A DNA stretch of 64,000 bases from contig NW_013657659.1 in assembly GCF_000142905.1 (NCBI RefSeq), positions 269,458 through 333,457 on the forward strand, read 5' to 3'. The position numbers and the translations under genes were made by a program. The DNA comes from Thecamonas trahens ATCC 50062. Taxonomy: Eukaryota; Protista; Apusomonadida. The notes beneath the pieces were generated by a model that searched no databases, was not told the DNA's origin, and saw only the letters and a list, made by a program, of their open reading frames with translations. Positions 58,343 through 64,000 of the stretch are shown one piece after another; within the stretch, counting starts at the first letter, position 1, and each line of letters starts with the position of its first letter.

Positions 58343-61300
58343 ATGGATCTATCTCCACCAGCTTCAGAAGAGTGGGGAGAGGTACCAGCGCAGCCTCGCA
58401 ACGACCTGGAACAGCTGCTCGATAGGCAAGCAGGAGCGGGTGGGTCTGCGCCGGCGGGCTTGCGGGTGGCGCGGGCGCGCGGCGAGGTGCGCATGTCTTT
58501 GCAAGTCGGAGTCAAGGAGTTTCAGTTTGACGGCAGCTCGCAGGCAGGGCCGGGCAAGCTCCGGCCTGCAGCGCCGGCCAAGCTGCGACCTGCAGCGCCG
58601 GCCAAGCTGCGGCCGGCTGGGCGGCCGCAACGCCGGCCGTCGGGGCCAATCGCAGGCACAGTCAGCTCGCGGCTCAAGCAGCTCGGGCCGGGCCTCATTC
58701 TGCCGATGCCGGGTGGGCCGCCGCCCAAGCGCAGGGCGCGGCCTGTGTCGATGATGGGGCCCGCGGGGGCGACAGGAGCGGGGACGGTGGCGGGGGCGGT
58801 GGCGCCTGTGAGGGCGGAGGCGGAGGCGGAGGCGACGGGCAGTCGGAAGACGCTCGACGTGTCGTCGCACAAGGCCAGGGCGAAGGCGTCGGCGCGGGCA
58901 AGCGGGCGGCGGCGGCCGCCGAGTCGGAAGCGGGTGGCGCGCAACAATACCAAGCGGCTGGGGAGCTCTGCAGGAACGGGCGTGGATGCAGGAGGCGAGG
59001 GGAGCAGGAGGCCAAGGTGCAGGAAGCGCACCAATGCTGGACCTCTCGGCGGCGCGGTCGCGGGCAGCGCTCGGCGCGCCGTCACGCGAGCGCAGGCCAT
59101 CGACGCGGATGGAGCGGCCGCCGGCGTCGCTCCTGGTGGCTGGCGTGCTCGGTGAGTCGGGCCCGCGAGCAAGGCCGCGCGCAAGACCGTCGCCGGCCAA
59201 GCCGTCGTACACAAAGCCGCCGCGCGGAGCGGCGGTGCCCGGCAAGCCGCCGCGCGCAAAGCCGCCGCGCGGAGCGGCGGTGCCCGGCAAGCCGCCGCGC
59301 GCAAAGCCGCCGCGTGAAGCGGTGGTGCCGGGCAAGCCGCGGCGAGCAAAGCCGCCGCGGGCCAAGCCGCCACGCACAAAGCCGGGCAAGCCGCCGCGGG
59401 GGGCCACCATTGCAGGCGCAGATGGAAAAGTGGTGGCAACGGCAGCAGCGATGGCAGCAACGGCAGCTGGCGACAGCCAGCGGGGACGCGCGCAGTCGGA
59501 GAGCGCGGCAGTGTGGACCGACGAAAGCCCGCCGGCGACGCCGACAACGCCGAGCACACCGAGTGCGAACGGCGGGCTGTTGGGGCTCCCGGGCTCGCGC
59601 GAGAACGTCGAGCTCGCGCCGCCGGAGACCGGGCCAATCCTGCTCTCGGTCGGATGGAACAACGCGCGCAAGATGATGCGGTTCGCCAAAGAGTCGTACG
59701 TGGGCGAGATGATTGCGGCGATTTGCGAGAAGTTCTCGCTCTCGTTTGCCGATCCGTACATGGTGCAGGTCCAGGGCGGGCCGCTGATGTACCCCGACAA
59801 GTATGTGTGCGAGTATGGGCTCGCCAACCTGGGGCGGATCGAGGTGGTGGAGGGCGACTATCCGGTGGACGGGTTTGGGCGCGAATCGCCCGAGCCCGGG
59901 CTCGGGCTAGACGCGTCTGCCGAGCGGCTGCGCAAGGTCTCGATGACGTCGCTGGTCTCGGAAGAGTCAGAAGAGTCTGCAGCGGTGGAGGAGACAGCAG
60001 ACGTGTTCCTCTCGGTCGAGCACGAGTCTGTGCGCAAGCTGCTGCGGTTCGCGCGGAGAGCAAGCGTGGCAAGCGCAGTGGCTGCAGCCGCCGCCAAGTT
60101 TGGCGTCGACGCATGCCACTACGGATTTTCCGGTGAACGCATCGGACCGCTCGACCTGGACAAGACGCTCGGAGACTATAACCTTCAGATGCGCGATTTA
60201 GTGTTCCTCCAGGAGGGCGCGCAGCTCGCCAAGACCGGGCTGGACATCCCGGAAGTCGACGGGCGAGAGATCATGCTCGCGTTCAGGTACAACATGCAGG
60301 AGAAAGTGCTGATGGTGAAGGAGCAGCTCGAGGTGCGGCACGCGGTTGTCCTCGCGTCGCGGAAGTTCTTCATCAACAAGCCGCAGCTGTACGCGCTGAG
60401 CCACGCCGGGCACGGAGTGCTCGAGCCGCACGCGCAGATTGCGTCGTTTTGCTTTGGCATGCGCGAGGTGCTCAACCTTGAGCTCGCAGTCCGAGCCTGC
60501 GAGGGCGCGGCGCCGTCGTCAGCGTCCGAGGGCCTGGGCCCGGCGTGCGGGCGCAAGTCGTTTACCGAGGACGGGCGGGACGTCGAGGGCGACGTCGTGC
60601 TCTCGGTCTCGAACCAGCAGGCCTCGGTCTTCAAGATTATGAAGTTTGCCAAGGCGTGCCTGGTGGGAGAAGCGGCGCAGGTCGCGGCGCGGCGGCTGTT
60701 CCTCGAGCCTCAGGGCGCGTACCTCTACTCGCACAAGCACGGGCGGCTGGAGGCGTCGCTCCCGCTGGCGACGTACATGTTTTCGGACCGCGAGGAGGTG
60801 CTGCTGCGGCTCGGCGCAGACTCGGGTACGAGCAGCGTGTCGGGCGCGGTGGGCAAGGCGGCGATGACGTCGTCGGCGGGCGCGGCGTCGAAGCGGGCGT
60901 CGGTGCTGCAGGACGTGCTCGCTGGCGCGGCGGTTGTGGTGGTGGTCATGCACGAGCCGACGTCGCGGATCAAAATGGTCAAGGCCGAGCCAGGGCAGAC
61001 GGTGGGCGAGCTGGTGGAGATGCTCGGCAAGAAGTTCATGCTCGACGACGTGTGGCGGTACTCGCTGACCTCGCCGCGGATGGGGGTGGTGTCGGACAGC
61101 TCGGCGCTTGTCGGCTCGCTCGGGCTCGGCATGCAGGAGGAGCTGAGCTTGGTCATCAATCCAGGCGCGGTCAAGCCGGCAGAGGCCAAGCGCGAGGAGC
61201 GCGAGCTCGAGCCGGTGGTCGGGTCGTTCTTCGGCGAGCCGTCGCCGCTCCTCGGTGGGCGCGGGCGGGTGAGCCTCGGGTCGAGCTCGGACGACGACGA

Positions 61301-62732
61301 GGGCGGGATGGAGTACCTCCGGCCAACGGCCGGCGGCGAGCTCGACGCCGCAGTGGCGTCGTCGCTCTCGCCGGCTGTCTTGTCGTCGTTTGCGCGCGAG
61401 GCCGGCGGCGGGTGCGAGTCGTACTTTGAGTCGGGCTTTCCGGACGCGGACGGCGTCGCGGCCGAACGGGACAACGGCAGCAACGGCGGCGACGGCGGCA
61501 ACGCGGCTCCCTCTGAGGCCGGCGAGACCGTGGCCGGCACGCCGGTGGAGCTCTTTGCCGAGGCTGCCGAGCGGGCACTGACGATGGCGCAGAGCGTGGA
61601 GGCCGAGGACGAGGACGCCAACGCCGCGTTTGTGGCCGACTTTCTGCTCATGTTCCGGTCGTTCATCGAGCCGATCGAGCTCCTCCAGTTCATCATGTGG
61701 GAGATGGTGCCCGGAAGTATTCCGCGGAGCGAGCTCCTGGTGCGGGTCGACCCAGACCGCGGGGTCTTCAACCGTGCAGGCGCGCTCGTGCTTCTGCAGG
61801 AGTGGCTCTCGACGCACTTTGAGGACTTTACAAGCGACCCGCTGCTGCGGATGAGTATTATCCAGTTTGCGCACACCTTTCTCGAGGGCGCAGAGCGCGA
61901 CTGCCTGCTCGCGCTCGTCCACTGCGGGGGCGAGGAGCAGCAGGCGCCGCTGCCGAGCTACGAGGCCGAGGTGGCAGGCAAGTCGATCAAGTGGCACAGC
62001 GTGTGGATGCAGACCGAGGTCTCGGTCTTTGCGCAGCAGATGACGCTGCTGGAGCTCTCGCTGTACCAGCGGATCCTCCCGCGCGAGCTGCTCGACCAGG
62101 CGTGGACCAAGGATGAGCTCAAGAACACCCGGGCGCCCAACGTGACCGCCGTCATCTCGCATTTTAACAGGTTCTCGCGGTGGGTGGTGACGGAAATCCT
62201 CATGGCGCGGCGGCCGCAGAAGCGGGCAGCCATCATGGCCCGGTTCGCCGAGCTCGCGGTCCAGCTCATGATCCTCAAAAACTACTCGGGCGTCATGGAA
62301 ATCCTCTCCGCGCTCAACTCCTCCGCAGTCATGCGGCTGAGAAAGACCTGGGCCAAACTCCCGCCCGAGGCGCTGACATCCATCAACAACCTGCAGGTCC
62401 TCGTCTCGCACGAGAAAAACTACAAGTTCCTCCGCGACCAGCTCGCGTCCGCCAAGCCGCCGTCTGTCCCCTACCTTGGCCTCTTCCTCTCAGACCTCGT
62501 CTTTACCGCAGACGGTAACCCCAACTCGACCGAGGACGGCCTGGTCAACTGGATCAAGTGGAAGCAGTACGCCCGCATCGTCCGCGCCCTCCGCAAGCCC
62601 GCCCGCGGCGCACTCGCCATCACCCCGCTCCCGGTCGTCCAGCACTTTCTCACCCACCATCTCTCATACATCGACGAGTCGGACGCGTACGATCTCTCGC
62701 TCGAGCTGGAGCCGCGGAAGAAGAAGAAGTAG
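58343..62732 (+). CDS. RasGEF (REM plus CDC25) with Pro/Arg-rich N-terminus and five tandem ubiquitin-like (talin F0-like) repeats; frameshift ~59000
   Basis: REM: FVADFLLMFRSFIEPIELL...LQEWLSTHFEDF. CDC25: FAQQMTLLE, HFNRFSRWVVTEIL, LKNYSGVMEILSALNSSAVMRLRKTW, VPYLGLFLSDLVF...GNP...VNWIK. Five ~70-aa repeats lie at ~59640-61155. Confidence 0.88.
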
Positions 62733-62792
62733 TACACTAGTCCACGTCGTCCATGGTTCATCGTTCGAAGGCGAGTCCATTAATATCAGGAG

Positions 62793-62892
62793 CTAGCCCT
62801 AGCCCTAGCCCTAGCCTTAGCCCGAAACCCCAACCCCGCCTCCCACAACCCCCACCCGCCACCCACAACCATACACACACCCACAACCTTAC

Positions 62893-62923
<31 letters not shown>

Positions 62924-62942
62924 TACACACATACACACACCA
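62793..62942. repeat. Short (TAGCCC)n run followed by a C-rich tract and (CA)n/(CACATA)n microsatellite
   Basis: Directly visible between the convergent RasGEF and actin 3' ends. Confidence 0.8.
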
Positions 62943-63142
62943 ACCGCCATCGCGCGCAGCAACAGATTGCCTTGTGCGTGTCTCTGTGTCTGTGAGTTTC
63001 GCTGGGCCGTCGCCGCAAAAACGAACCAAAAAATCGATTCGGATCAAGATCGCCCGCTGTACACGGACACCGCGGCATGGCCAACCACCCCTACCAAGCA
63101 AAAAGGGTAAGACAAAAACCGCTTTAAAGCTTTGTTGTACGC

Positions 63143-64000
<858 letters not shown>

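Noticed and set aside
11221-59100. About 25 frameshifts across many genes, considered as programmed frameshifting, insertional RNA editing or mass pseudogenisation
   Set aside because: The resolvable cases are single-base deletions in homopolymers with no shared motif. Examples: HELLS GTTTTTCGCAG needs one more T for VFSQM; kinesin CACTTTTCCGG needs T for HFFRF; FAS ATGAAAAGCCG needs A for MKKP; FAS AACCCAACGCC needs C. Catalytic motifs are intact. This is typical of consensus error; comparing reads with RNA-seq would settle it.
62793-62830. Telomere-like (TAGCCC)n run
   Set aside because: Only 4-5 degenerate copies, internal and embedded in microsatellite; not evidence of a telomere or chromosome fusion.

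Overview
GC-rich, gene-dense, intron-poor eukaryotic genomic DNA with about 25 protein-coding genes, a few short GT-AG introns and six assembly gaps flanked by G- or C-tracts. The gene content suggests a non-animal, probably non-fungal unicellular eukaryote; an apusomonad-like protist is my inference only. Genes in order: sterol O-acyltransferase, VPS41, cathepsin B-like protease, two divergent paralogous secreted Cys-patterned (ependymin-like) proteins flanking a Gly-rich orphan and a 2OG-Fe(II) oxygenase, a CLN6 homolog, NDUFA8, two orphans, an IBR plus MYCBP2-type RING-Cys-relay E3 ligase, HELLS/DDM1, three orphans, an MscS-like channel, HRQ1, a MOSC/mARC protein, a FAM184-like coiled-coil protein, a kinesin-3 with a C-terminal cNMP-binding domain, an SLC38/AVT transporter, a short zuotin, a ~12.2 kb single-chain fungal-type fatty acid synthase with tandem ACPs, a RasGEF with five talin-F0-like repeats, and a partial actin. 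Roughly 25 apparent frameshifts interrupt otherwise intact genes. Those I could resolve are single-base deletions, mostly in homopolymer runs, so they are most likely consensus errors, and many gene models here are reconstructed across frames. The most notable items are unusual domain architectures (RasGEF, kinesin, E3 ligase, FAS) and homologs in an unexpected lineage (CLN6, fungal-type FAS, SANT-less zuotin). All family assignments are from motif recognition by eye; no database search was run.
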